Assembly (NCBI GenBank): GCA_024280485.1
Contig: JAJRQB010000019.1
Location: 3,695-67,694 of the forward strand
Length of the DNA stretch: 64,000 nt
DNA from: Deltaproteobacteria bacterium
GTDB taxonomy: Bacteria; Desulfobacterota; Desulfuromonadia; Desulfuromonadales; Geopsychrobacteraceae
Direction: 5' to 3'
A program made the position numbers and the translations under genes. Below the pieces are notes generated by a model. That model saw only the letters and a program-made list of their open reading frames with translations. It had not been told where the DNA came from and did no database searches. Below are positions 36,926 to 45,500 of the stretch, one piece after another; the first letter of the stretch is position 1; every line of letters begins with the position of its first letter.

Positions 36926-39367
36926 TCAGAAGTCGCAGCTTGCTCCCAACCAGAACTGACGACCAAGTTCGTAGTCGGTATCACTGGAACCCAGATGGGT
37001 CTGGTGGCCGAAAACGTTATAGATATCGAGAGTTAAGGTGAGACTTAAGTTTTTTCTCTGCAACACATCCAGTCCAAGTTTCCAATCAAAAATAAGAGCC
37101 TGATCGTTGGAAACGTCTTCGTATATATCGATTTCAGTTGCATCGGGCAATAGGTGTGTATCCCCGGTTTTTTCGGTCGACTTATAAGAACTACGATAGG
37201 TTGTCGTATTGCTGAAAGTGAGTCTGGGAGAGATTTCTGTGGTGAAGATGGCCGCTGCACGGAAAGGGCGGTTGTAGTCGCTGAGCAGCATTTCATAGCG
37301 GGTGCTAATTTTTCCCTTGTACCAGATCAGTTCATCAAATTCACTATCACTGTCGGTATAGCTAGAACTGTTGCTCGTAGATTTCTGCCAGGTTGCAGTC
37401 ATAGATAATGTGCTCTTATCCCAGTCACGGATCCAACCAATGTTGGCCTGTTGGTGGTGGCTGCGGCCGGCATTGGACCATTCGCTGTACTTGATCTTTG
37501 AAATAGGATCAGTCTCGTAATGGCGGGTGACGATTAGATCACGCCCCTGACGATCAATATATTCAAGCTCGAGCAAACCGCTGAACAGCTTCTGTTTTAG
37601 TCCAACTGTGATTTCATCCGAATATGGGGTGTCGAGTTCAGAAACGCGGCTGGTAGGAATTGTACTGCGTGGGATTTTGGACCAGGGCTCTGGATGATTG
37701 TTGAGGTCGAGGGTCCTTGAGCGACGCCAGGTGCTATAGGGCGTCTTCTGTTCCGCAAGGCGGATTGTGAGAAGGCTGCGCCCGTAATAACGATTAACTC
37801 CGGCAATTAATGTCGTCGCGCCGTTGCCGAACAGATCATAAGCGGTAGCCATGCGTGGTGACAGATTGACATTTTCAAGGTAATCGTCCCAGCTGCCGCG
37901 TAGACCCGGTCGAAGGGTTAAACCTTTGAAGACAATGTTGTCTTCAACATAGAGTGCAAGTTGTGTTAAATGGGCGTCGGCGTTGTCTTTGGGATATACG
38001 TTTTTAGCCCAAAGGAACTGTTCACCATCGATGCAGTCACTGGTGTCACCGTTACAGTCAACGTTTGGATTGGCAGAAGCTACAGAAAAATTAATGGTTT
38101 CAGTCAATCTGTCATAGTTGGTTTCTGCGTATTCCGCGTCGAGTCCGGTGTTGATATTGTGTGTGCTGCGATTCATTCTGAAAGCGTTGAATTGATGATT
38201 TAGGTTGCCAGCCAAACTCTGTTGATCTTTGTCAATATCACCGTAGCCACCTTCTGCACTGAAGTTTTTCGGTCCCCAATCTTTTATGCCTGTGTTTCGC
38301 CAATTGTACCTGTTGTCAGGACTACGGCGGCTGTTGCTGCTGGTCTTCAGACTTAGCGTAAAATCACTTTCACCAAGATTGCTACTGTGTTCAAGCTTAC
38401 CATTCAGCGTGCCACCGCCGCCTTCTATGCTGTAGCCGCTATCCTTGGTATTTTTTAGGAAGTAATCACCTTCATATGGAGCGTAGAGGCCGGATAGGGT
38501 CAGGGTCGTTTCATCGTTGATGTTGTTTTTATATTTGACGAAATAGTTTTCGGACATTCTGTGCTGTGGTTCGCTGATGCCAAGATTGTTTAGTGGAATA
38601 TCGGAATCGAGTATCGAATAGGCGAAAACCATGCCGGATTGGTCGTTGATTGGGGTGTGAAGGGTAGCCGTTATGTTTTGCTTGAAAAAATGTGGCTGGT
38701 GTTTTTCGCTGACAGAGTTGTCGAAAACATCCTGATTTGACGAGTCTATATGAAATTCTGTCCAGTTGGAATGGCTTGCGCGATAGCTTATGGTGCCACC
38801 TAAGGTATCGGCGGGGTCGATAGTTTTGATATCGATAACCCCGCCGGTGAAGCCACCATAACGCGCCGAGATATTGCTGCGTAATGCCGTGATTTCTTGC
38901 ACTAGGTTATTGAGCAGGAAAATTTCTTGCGGGTGTCCAGGGACGTCATTGATGTGACTCGGAGTCTGAAGTTGTGGATTCAACAGGCTATTGTTGCCGA
39001 TCCCGTCAATTTGAAAATTATTATCATAGGGACGACCGCCGGAGATTGAAACTGCAGAAGGTGCGATCTCTCCTGCAGTGTTGGAGGAATCGGCGTCTTC
39101 AGGCATTTGGACACCGGGCATCAGCCTGAGAAGGTCGCTGGTATTGTTGTTGCGGGTGGGGATTTGCTTGATCTGTTGCTGGTCAAACGTCGAGGCGCCG
39201 GTTAGTGGATCGAGCCGTGTTGCTTCAATCGTAACCGTCGGTAGAATTGGTATGTTGATTTCTGTTTCAGCGGTGCCATTAGGATCGGCAGCAAGGACTG
39301 TCAGTGGCGACAGAAGCAAAAAGATTAGGGTGAGAGCTTTGCGGTTGAGGAGGAAACGGGATAACAT
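36926..39367 (-). CDS. TonB-dependent outer-membrane receptor
   Basis: 813 aa with a signal peptide (LTVLAADP), a plug-like N-terminus (VTIEATR...PG.....D), barrel-type Y/N/S/T-rich composition and a C-terminal aromatic residue (...GASCDF). Confidence 0.8.
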   Translation of the reverse strand: MLSRFLLNRKALTLIFLLLSPLTVLAADPNGTAETEINIPILPTVTIEATRLDPLTGASTFDQQQIKQIPTRNNNTSDLLRLMPGVQMPEDADSSNTAGEIAPSAVSISGGRPYDNNFQIDGIGNNSLLNPQLQTPSHINDVPGHPQEIFLLNNLVQEITALRSNISARYGGFTGGVIDIKTIDPADTLGGTISYRASHSNWTEFHIDSSNQDVFDNSVSEKHQPHFFKQNITATLHTPINDQSGMVFAYSILDSDIPLNNLGISEPQHRMSENYFVKYKNNINDETTLTLSGLYAPYEGDYFLKNTKDSGYSIEGGGGTLNGKLEHSSNLGESDFTLSLKTSSNSRRSPDNRYNWRNTGIKDWGPKNFSAEGGYGDIDKDQQSLAGNLNHQFNAFRMNRSTHNINTGLDAEYAETNYDRLTETINFSVASANPNVDCNGDTSDCIDGEQFLWAKNVYPKDNADAHLTQLALYVEDNIVFKGLTLRPGLRGSWDDYLENVNLSPRMATAYDLFGNGATTLIAGVNRYYGRSLLTIRLAEQKTPYSTWRRSRTLDLNNHPEPWSKIPRSTIPTSRVSELDTPYSDEITVGLKQKLFSGLLELEYIDRQGRDLIVTRHYETDPISKIKYSEWSNAGRSHHQQANIGWIRDWDKSTLSMTATWQKSTSNSSSYTDSDSEFDELIWYKGKISTRYEMLLSDYNRPFRAAAIFTTEISPRLTFSNTTTYRSSYKSTEKTGDTHLLPDATEIDIYEDVSNDQALIFDWKLGLDVLQRKNLSLTLTLDIYNVFGHQTHLGSSDTDYELGRQFWLGASCDF

Positions 39368-39507
39368 GGCTCTCGCTACATAATGAGTTATTGTTGAGCC
39401 CCCCGCTTACATGAGACCTTAACCGGAAAACATTGTTTCGATCAAGCAAAAGACTATTTAGCTAGAGAGTTGTCGCTGTTTTGGCAGAAAAAGAGTGAAA
39501 TCAGGGA

Positions 39508-40314
39508 ATGAATTGGCGTTTTTTATTAGTTATTGTGATTTCATTGGGTATCCATCTGACTTTACTGGTCATTCGATTTCAATCGAATGGTAGTGGTGTG
39601 GTGGGTGAGCCTAATCTCGTCGGCTTGGTTTCTGGCACTCTAGCGAAGTTTACTCCCGCCGATACCAGCGATGATAGCGTTCATCCGAAAAAACAAAGGT
39701 TAGAACCTCAGCAGCTTCAACTTTTGAGCCCGGTTCGAAATATACCTTCTCCTCTTCATCCATCACTTTTGAGAACCTTAATTGCAGCTCATGCAGAGAT
39801 CATGCCGGCTGAGATGCTCGAGAGTAAAATCGTAGAAATTGTGGCCATGGAACCCGTATCCCCAGAACCATTAAGTACGATAGCGATGTCGAATGTCGAG
39901 GTGTCGAACAGCCTTCTGCCAGAGAAAATAAGTGCTGGTCTTGTGGTTAGTTTGGAGGCGGGCGACGAGGGTCGGGGGCTTCAAACCGAAGGCGTTGCTA
40001 ACCAGATTGTCCCCCTGGCCTATGCAGTGCCCCGCTATGCCGACAATCCGAGACCTCAGTACCCTGAGGTTGCACGTCGTAAAGGCTGGAGTGGGGAGGT
40101 GCGCTTGTTGGTTTTAGTAGATGAGGTTGGCGATGTAGGTCGAATCTCTATAGACCGTTCTTCAGGCTATTCTGCACTTGATCGGGCGGCCCGAAGAGCA
40201 GTGCGTCTTTGGCGGTTTGTGCCTGCAGCAGAAGGTGGACGCAAGGTCGCCAGTGAGGTTGTTGTCCCCATCGACTTCCGCCTTCCTGCTAGTGACCATT
40301 CTGCAATCCCGTAA
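39508..40314 (+). CDS. tonB: Energy transducer TonB family protein
   Basis: 268 aa with an N-terminal anchor helix, a Pro-rich linker and the C-terminal motif P.YP..ARR.GW.GEV.L.V.VD..G.V....I..SSGY..LD.AA..AV..WRF.PA. Confidence 0.85.
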   Translation: MNWRFLLVIVISLGIHLTLLVIRFQSNGSGVVGEPNLVGLVSGTLAKFTPADTSDDSVHPKKQRLEPQQLQLLSPVRNIPSPLHPSLLRTLIAAHAEIMPAEMLESKIVEIVAMEPVSPEPLSTIAMSNVEVSNSLLPEKISAGLVVSLEAGDEGRGLQTEGVANQIVPLAYAVPRYADNPRPQYPEVARRKGWSGEVRLLVLVDEVGDVGRISIDRSSGYSALDRAARRAVRLWRFVPAAEGGRKVASEVVVPIDFRLPASDHSAIP

Positions 40315-40370
40315 TCACAATAAAACTCTGTCAAAATATAGAGTTAGTCGTTAACTATAATAGAAATTGT

Positions 40371-40399
40371 TTGACCTTCTAACCCCAATCCCCTAGATT
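40371..40399 (+). promoter_or_regulatory. Candidate sigma-70 promoter (TTGACC-N17-TAGATT) for the chemosensory operon
   Basis: Hexamers read directly from the sequence, about 70 nt upstream of ATG 40467. Confidence 0.35.
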
Positions 40400-40466
40400 G
40401 TTAAGAATTTCTTTAGATCTTCTCGGCTTCTGTGCCGGGTTATATTAAAAGACCGGAGATTCACAA

Positions 40467-41750
40467 ATGAGCACAGAAACACCAAGGGTATTGATCGTCG
40501 ATGATTCCCCAACTGTTCGCCGTCTTGGGGAGTTGATTCTCAGCCAGCAGGGGTATTCAGTTCATACTGCTGAGGATGGTGAGCAAGGGCTTGAGGTTGC
40601 GCGGCGGGTTAAGCCTGATGCAATTCTAGTCGATTTTGTTATGCCGAAAATGAACGGTCATACCTTTTGTACTTTGCTTCGCCAGGACGATGAGATGAAG
40701 AATGTTCCATTGATCCTTATCTCATCCAAGGGTGAAGCGGTCGGTGAAGCCTTTGAGAAGGAGTTTGGAGTCGTTCACTATTTTTCCAAACCTTTTGAGC
40801 CGGATGATCTTGTCAATAAGTTGGAAGAGGTTCTTGGTAGCGCAAAGGGCGGCGAATCTGACGCGGGTACTGCGGAGGAGCAAGCCGGTACTGCTCCAGC
40901 TGTCATTGAGAATATTGTAGACAAGGTTTTACGTCAGTACTTCCAGAAAGATTTTCCTCTGTTGATGCGTAATGTCCTTTCTGACACATTGAGTGATGCC
41001 GGTTTGGTGGCAAAGAGCGGAATGGTCCTCTCTGGGGATCTTTCGCAAATCATGCTGCCTGACATCATTAATTTTGCCTACAATTCAAGGCTTTCAGGTC
41101 GCCTTACCGTTTTTTCACGTGAAGTTTTTGGCGAAATCTACATCGAAGAAGGAAACTTTATTTTTGCCACTTCGAGTCGCAAAGGCAGTAGAAATATATT
41201 TTTGACAGATTTGCTCATCAAGGATGGTCGCTTGACGGCGAACAGTGAAGTGCTAAACGACTGTGTCGCCGAGGCGCGTTCACGCAACATTCCGATTGGT
41301 CGTATTTTGGTCGAACGTAATTTTCTGACCAATGATGAGCTGATGGATTATTTGCAGCAGCACGCACAGGATGCTTTTGGTTCAACCCTGGATGTAAAAG
41401 AGGGGAACTTTTTTCTTGAGCAGGATGTCTTGCCGACCAACCTGCAAGACCTGACAATCCGGGTGCCATTGATCAATGTCCTGATGGAAGGCCTCAGCCA
41501 TCTGGATGAAAAGCATCTTGCAGCTTCTGAATTTAAAGATGAAAAAATGGTTCTGGTGCGCTTGATTACCAACGAAGACGCTCTCGATACAGTTAATCTT
41601 AAGCCGCGCGAGCTTGAGCTCTTCGGTTTGATAGACGGTAAAAAATCTTTACGAGAGATTATCGATCTTAGTTTGCTTGAACCTCTGGAAACTAAACGAA
41701 TCTGTTACGCATTGCGTAAGGTTGGTCTTTTGCGCGTCAAGGGCCACTAG
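40467..41750 (+). CDS. Response regulator receiver fused to a DUF4388-type domain
   Basis: 427 aa. Receiver: VLIVDDS...DAILVDFVMPKMNG...SKP. The centre reads L.G.LS.IMLPDIINFAYNSRLSGRLTVFS.EVFGEIYIEEGNFIFA, typical of DUF4388. Confidence 0.8.
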   Translation: MSTETPRVLIVDDSPTVRRLGELILSQQGYSVHTAEDGEQGLEVARRVKPDAILVDFVMPKMNGHTFCTLLRQDDEMKNVPLILISSKGEAVGEAFEKEFGVVHYFSKPFEPDDLVNKLEEVLGSAKGGESDAGTAEEQAGTAPAVIENIVDKVLRQYFQKDFPLLMRNVLSDTLSDAGLVAKSGMVLSGDLSQIMLPDIINFAYNSRLSGRLTVFSREVFGEIYIEEGNFIFATSSRKGSRNIFLTDLLIKDGRLTANSEVLNDCVAEARSRNIPIGRILVERNFLTNDELMDYLQQHAQDAFGSTLDVKEGNFFLEQDVLPTNLQDLTIRVPLINVLMEGLSHLDEKHLAASEFKDEKMVLVRLITNEDALDTVNLKPRELELFGLIDGKKSLREIIDLSLLEPLETKRICYALRKVGLLRVKGH

Positions 41751-41768
41751 GAGGCGGTTAGATATCTC

Positions 41769-43076
41769 ATGAACGATATGCGCCAAAAGCTGTTGCCGGT
41801 TTTTCTCGAAGAGGCCGGAAGAAAAGTTTTGCAACTTGATGACTTTCTCTCTGCTGTCGGCGGGGAAGGTAAATCTCTTGCAGATCTTGAAGCTGCCTTT
41901 CGCGCAGCTCATACGCTAAAAGGAACTGCTGCTCTGGTTCAGGCTGAGGCCGTACGTTCACTTAGTGCACGAATGGAAGGGCTTCTGGAGGGTTATTTTG
42001 AGAAAAATTGCTTCCCGTCAGATGTCGAATATGAGGCAATGCAGTTTGCACTGGGCCATCTTAAGAAACTAATTGATGCCGTTGCGACTCGACAGGTCGA
42101 ACCCTCAGGATTGCTGGCAGAGGCCGAACTGGTTTTAAAACTGGCAATGAATCTGCCTGGTCGCAAAAGGTTGGTAGAGTTATTGACCCCGGAAGCTTCG
42201 GAAGATCCTTTTGCTACTGATCCCGAGCTGGACGCCGGCGTAGACGAACTCTCCCTTTCAACCGAAACAGTCACGATAGAAGATCCCTTCTCCGATGACC
42301 CGCAACTTGAGCAAGATCTGACCGACCTATCCGATCCTTCTCCTGTCGCTGAACCTGCCGAGATAGCGACTCCTTTGTCTGTTTCGGTCTTTGAGGAAAC
42401 CTCTGCTTCTTCTTCCTTGGAGCCCTCCCTGGCATTTTTTGACGTCAATGATCCTTTTGCTGATGATCCTGCCCTGGAATACGTGCAGGAACAAGTTACT
42501 GCCGAATTGGATGATTCTGAATCTGTGCCGTCTGCCTTGGCCAACGATCCATTATCAAATATAAACCCTGTTGATGAGGCGTCTGAAGTGTCAGCTCCTG
42601 AGCTGAAGCAGGAAGATAGCTTTATCGATAGGATGCGTAAGAGGATTGAAAAAGAGAGCCCATTGCAGACAGCAGAACGGTTAGCCAAAACTCTATTGTC
42701 TCAGGATGAAGGTGACACAGTAGCACGCCAGTATTCTTGCTGTCGTTTTCGTGTCGCGACTAAAGATTATTATCTGCTGATAGAAAATATGGTTGAGATC
42801 TCTGATGTGCCAAACATCATATATTTGCCCCTGGCTCCTAAAGTCGTAAAAGGGTTAATTAATCTCCGTGGACAAGTTTTACCGGTTATTGACCTTGGCA
42901 TGCAGGAAGGTGGAACTTCAAAATATGTCGCTGTCCGTAAGTTGGTAGTTGCTGAGGCGGGGGGTGAAAAACTTGCCTTTTTGACTGATGGTATTCCCGA
43001 TCTTGCTGAAGACATTTATGGAGAAAAGGTTGATGTTCTGAATTTTATTGACCAGTTTCGAGCAGGGGCCTCCTGA
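41769..43076 (+). CDS. Hpt domain - acidic repeat linker - CheW-like domain protein
   Basis: 435 aa. The N-terminal FRAAHTLKGTAALV is the Hpt signature. The C-terminal F.V....Y.L.IENMVEI........LPLAP..V.GLINLRGQVLPVIDL is CheW-like. Confidence 0.8.
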   Translation: MNDMRQKLLPVFLEEAGRKVLQLDDFLSAVGGEGKSLADLEAAFRAAHTLKGTAALVQAEAVRSLSARMEGLLEGYFEKNCFPSDVEYEAMQFALGHLKKLIDAVATRQVEPSGLLAEAELVLKLAMNLPGRKRLVELLTPEASEDPFATDPELDAGVDELSLSTETVTIEDPFSDDPQLEQDLTDLSDPSPVAEPAEIATPLSVSVFEETSASSSLEPSLAFFDVNDPFADDPALEYVQEQVTAELDDSESVPSALANDPLSNINPVDEASEVSAPELKQEDSFIDRMRKRIEKESPLQTAERLAKTLLSQDEGDTVARQYSCCRFRVATKDYYLLIENMVEISDVPNIIYLPLAPKVVKGLINLRGQVLPVIDLGMQEGGTSKYVAVRKLVVAEAGGEKLAFLTDGIPDLAEDIYGEKVDVLNFIDQFRAGAS

Positions 43077-45415
43077 TGGGAAATCTTCAAGACAGTGTTT
43101 TTTCATTTTTTGTCGAAGAGGCCGCTGAGCATATCAGTGTTCTCGAGGCTGGTCTTCTAGAGATGGAGATCGTTGGTTCTGCTGGCAGCGAGGACATGGA
43201 ATCTCTCTTCCGCGCTGCACACACTCTTAAGGGATCAGCAAGCCTTGTTAAAATGAATTCTGTGGGAGCTATCGCCCACCACATGGAAGACATTTTTGAG
43301 GCCGTACGTGATGGTAAGCTTGTCGTTAACCCCGTACATATAGATGCCCTGCTTTTTTCACTTGACCAGATCAGGGATTTGATCCGTTTTAAGGTCGAGG
43401 GACGAAATGAGCCAGATGGCGTCGTAGCACAGGCGCTCAATCGTCTGAACGCTGCCGAAAAATTTAAAGAGAAGCAAGTCGAAATACAGCAGTCTTCGTG
43501 TGAAAAAATACAAACACAAGTTGTTGCGCCTGTAACAGATAGTAGTGTTCCGGTAGCGGCTGAACTGGCTGGTTTTGTTGGCTCAGAGCGACGTGGACTT
43601 GGCCGTCGTGTTGAAGAGACAACGGCTGGGATACGGGTTGGTGCTGAGAAAATTGAATCTTTGATGGGGTTGATCGGTGAGATTACGGTCACAAAGAATC
43701 ACCTGGTCGATCAGTATGATCAGGTTGAGCGGATGCGCGAAGAGATCGAATTTGTTGGGCAGCGCCTGTTGCGTGAGGTTACCCAATTTGCTGATCGCTA
43801 TGATTACACTATGCCGACTCAGACTGCGCAGCAGAATCAGACCGAAATCGGTGATTTTCAAGAGTTGGAGTTTGATCGTTACGATGACCTGAATCTCTTT
43901 AGTCGTAAACTGCGAGAAATTACCAATGATGTTGGCGAGGGCTTGCGTGGCCTTAGTGACTTTTTTAGCAACTTTGGACGAGATGTCTCTTCGCTCGATC
44001 GGATGACTGACGAAATCAAAGAGAGAATCTCTGAAATCAGGACCGTTCCTGCAGGGACACTTTTCCAGCGTTTCAATCGCTCAGTGCGTGATATGGCACG
44101 TGGTCTCGATATGGATGTTGAACTCTTTGTTCTGGGCGGGGAAACTTCGATAGACCGTGTAGTCTATGATGGTTTGTTTGATCCGCTACTGCATATTGTA
44201 CGTAACTCCTTTGCGCACGGCATCGAATCTGCCGCTGAACGCAAGAGACTCGGAAAACCAAAAAAAGCGTCTATCTGGATGGCTGCCGAACGGCGTGGGA
44301 ACACAGTTGAAATCTCGGTTAAAGATGATGGTCGTGGAATAGATCTCGTCGGAGTTCGTAAACGCGCGATAGAAAAAGGGTTTATAACCACTGAGGACAG
44401 GCTTAGTGAGCGTGAGTTGATCCAGATGATCTTTCGGCCTGGCTTTAGTACGACCGCTGAGGTAGATGCCACTTCGGGACGTGGGGTCGGAATGAACGTT
44501 GTAATGGACCGGCTAGCATCACTTAACGGTACAATCGACGTCGAAACTACTAAGGGGGAGGGGAGTACCTTCCGTTTACGTCTGCCGTTGTCGTTGGTTA
44601 TCGTTAATGTTATTCGTTTCGAGGTTGCCGGCCAGATGTTTGTTCTGCCTTCGGCCTTGGTTAATGAAATTCAGGACCTTGCATATGAGCATAAAAAAAG
44701 ACTCAGGAGTGAAAGTACTGAAGAACCTCCGGAGCAGATTGATCTTCGCAAGCTTTTTAATCTCGCACCGGGTGAAGAACCATCTGGTTCTGGTATTCTG
44801 ACTCAGTCTGAGGGGATTCCGATACTTCTGTTGGTTGATAAGGTTTTGGGTCAGGAAGATACGGTTATTAAGCCCTTCGGGTCGTTTTTACGTGAACTTC
44901 CCTATTTTTCAGGGACCAGTTTGGCTGGTGATGGCGGTATGCGTCTTGTTGTTAACCCGGCGCGGATGAAATATCATAAGGTTCAAGGGTTTGATGAGCC
45001 GGTTATTTCTGCTTCGGTACCGCTTGAAAACCTGGGCGCACCAAAGGTCTTGATTGTTGATGATTCGTTGAGTGTGCGTAAATATGCCAGCATGCTTTTA
45101 GCTGGTAAAGGTTTGAAGATTTTTACGGCGGCCGACGGGTTAGAGGCCCTCGCGCTACTTGAAAATGAGGAAGTTGACTCGATTATTACTGACCTTGAGA
45201 TGCCTCATATGCACGGATATGAGCTTTTAGCAGTACTGCAACGTCGTCCCGATTGGCAGGTGCCGATTGCTGTTCTCTCCTCACGCGCTGGCGAACAACA
45301 TCAGCAAAAGGCGATTCAACTTGGAGCAACTGATTATCTGGTTAAGCCTTTTGATGAGGATAACTTGGTTGACGTGATCAAGAAGCACCTAGCGATTAAT
45401 GGGAAAAGCTTGTAA
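43076..45415 (+). CDS. cheA: CheA-type histidine kinase with C-terminal receiver (CheA-REC hybrid)
   Basis: 779 aa. The start overlaps the upstream stop (ATGA). Hpt FRAAHTLKGSA, HATPase motifs (HIVRNSFAHGIE, DDGRGID, GRGVGMNVV), a CheW-like P5 domain, and a receiver with VLIVDDS...DLEMPHM.G...KP. Confidence 0.9.
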   Translation: MGNLQDSVFSFFVEEAAEHISVLEAGLLEMEIVGSAGSEDMESLFRAAHTLKGSASLVKMNSVGAIAHHMEDIFEAVRDGKLVVNPVHIDALLFSLDQIRDLIRFKVEGRNEPDGVVAQALNRLNAAEKFKEKQVEIQQSSCEKIQTQVVAPVTDSSVPVAAELAGFVGSERRGLGRRVEETTAGIRVGAEKIESLMGLIGEITVTKNHLVDQYDQVERMREEIEFVGQRLLREVTQFADRYDYTMPTQTAQQNQTEIGDFQELEFDRYDDLNLFSRKLREITNDVGEGLRGLSDFFSNFGRDVSSLDRMTDEIKERISEIRTVPAGTLFQRFNRSVRDMARGLDMDVELFVLGGETSIDRVVYDGLFDPLLHIVRNSFAHGIESAAERKRLGKPKKASIWMAAERRGNTVEISVKDDGRGIDLVGVRKRAIEKGFITTEDRLSERELIQMIFRPGFSTTAEVDATSGRGVGMNVVMDRLASLNGTIDVETTKGEGSTFRLRLPLSLVIVNVIRFEVAGQMFVLPSALVNEIQDLAYEHKKRLRSESTEEPPEQIDLRKLFNLAPGEEPSGSGILTQSEGIPILLLVDKVLGQEDTVIKPFGSFLRELPYFSGTSLAGDGGMRLVVNPARMKYHKVQGFDEPVISASVPLENLGAPKVLIVDDSLSVRKYASMLLAGKGLKIFTAADGLEALALLENEEVDSIITDLEMPHMHGYELLAVLQRRPDWQVPIAVLSSRAGEQHQQKAIQLGATDYLVKPFDEDNLVDVIKKHLAINGKSL

Positions 45416-45440
45416 CTTGAAGTTTGTTTTTTTGGGATTT

Positions 45441-45476
45441 AAAAAGCCCCGATCCTATTTTGGATCGGGGCTTTTT
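45441..45476. terminator. Bidirectional rho-independent terminator between cheA and the MCP gene
   Basis: aaaa-agccccgatcc-tatttt-ggatcggggct-tttt. Confidence 0.8.
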
Positions 45477-45500
45477 AATAAACTTGAATTTAATTGGTGG

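Noticed and set aside
41993-42688. A 231-aa antisense ORF, with similar long antisense ORFs at 43087-43692, 29176-29733, 50778-51302, 22762-23247 and 6416-6877.
   Set aside because: Each lies fully inside a well-supported conserved gene on the opposite strand. They have low-complexity or Ser/Arg-rich composition and no RBS, as expected for shadow ORFs.
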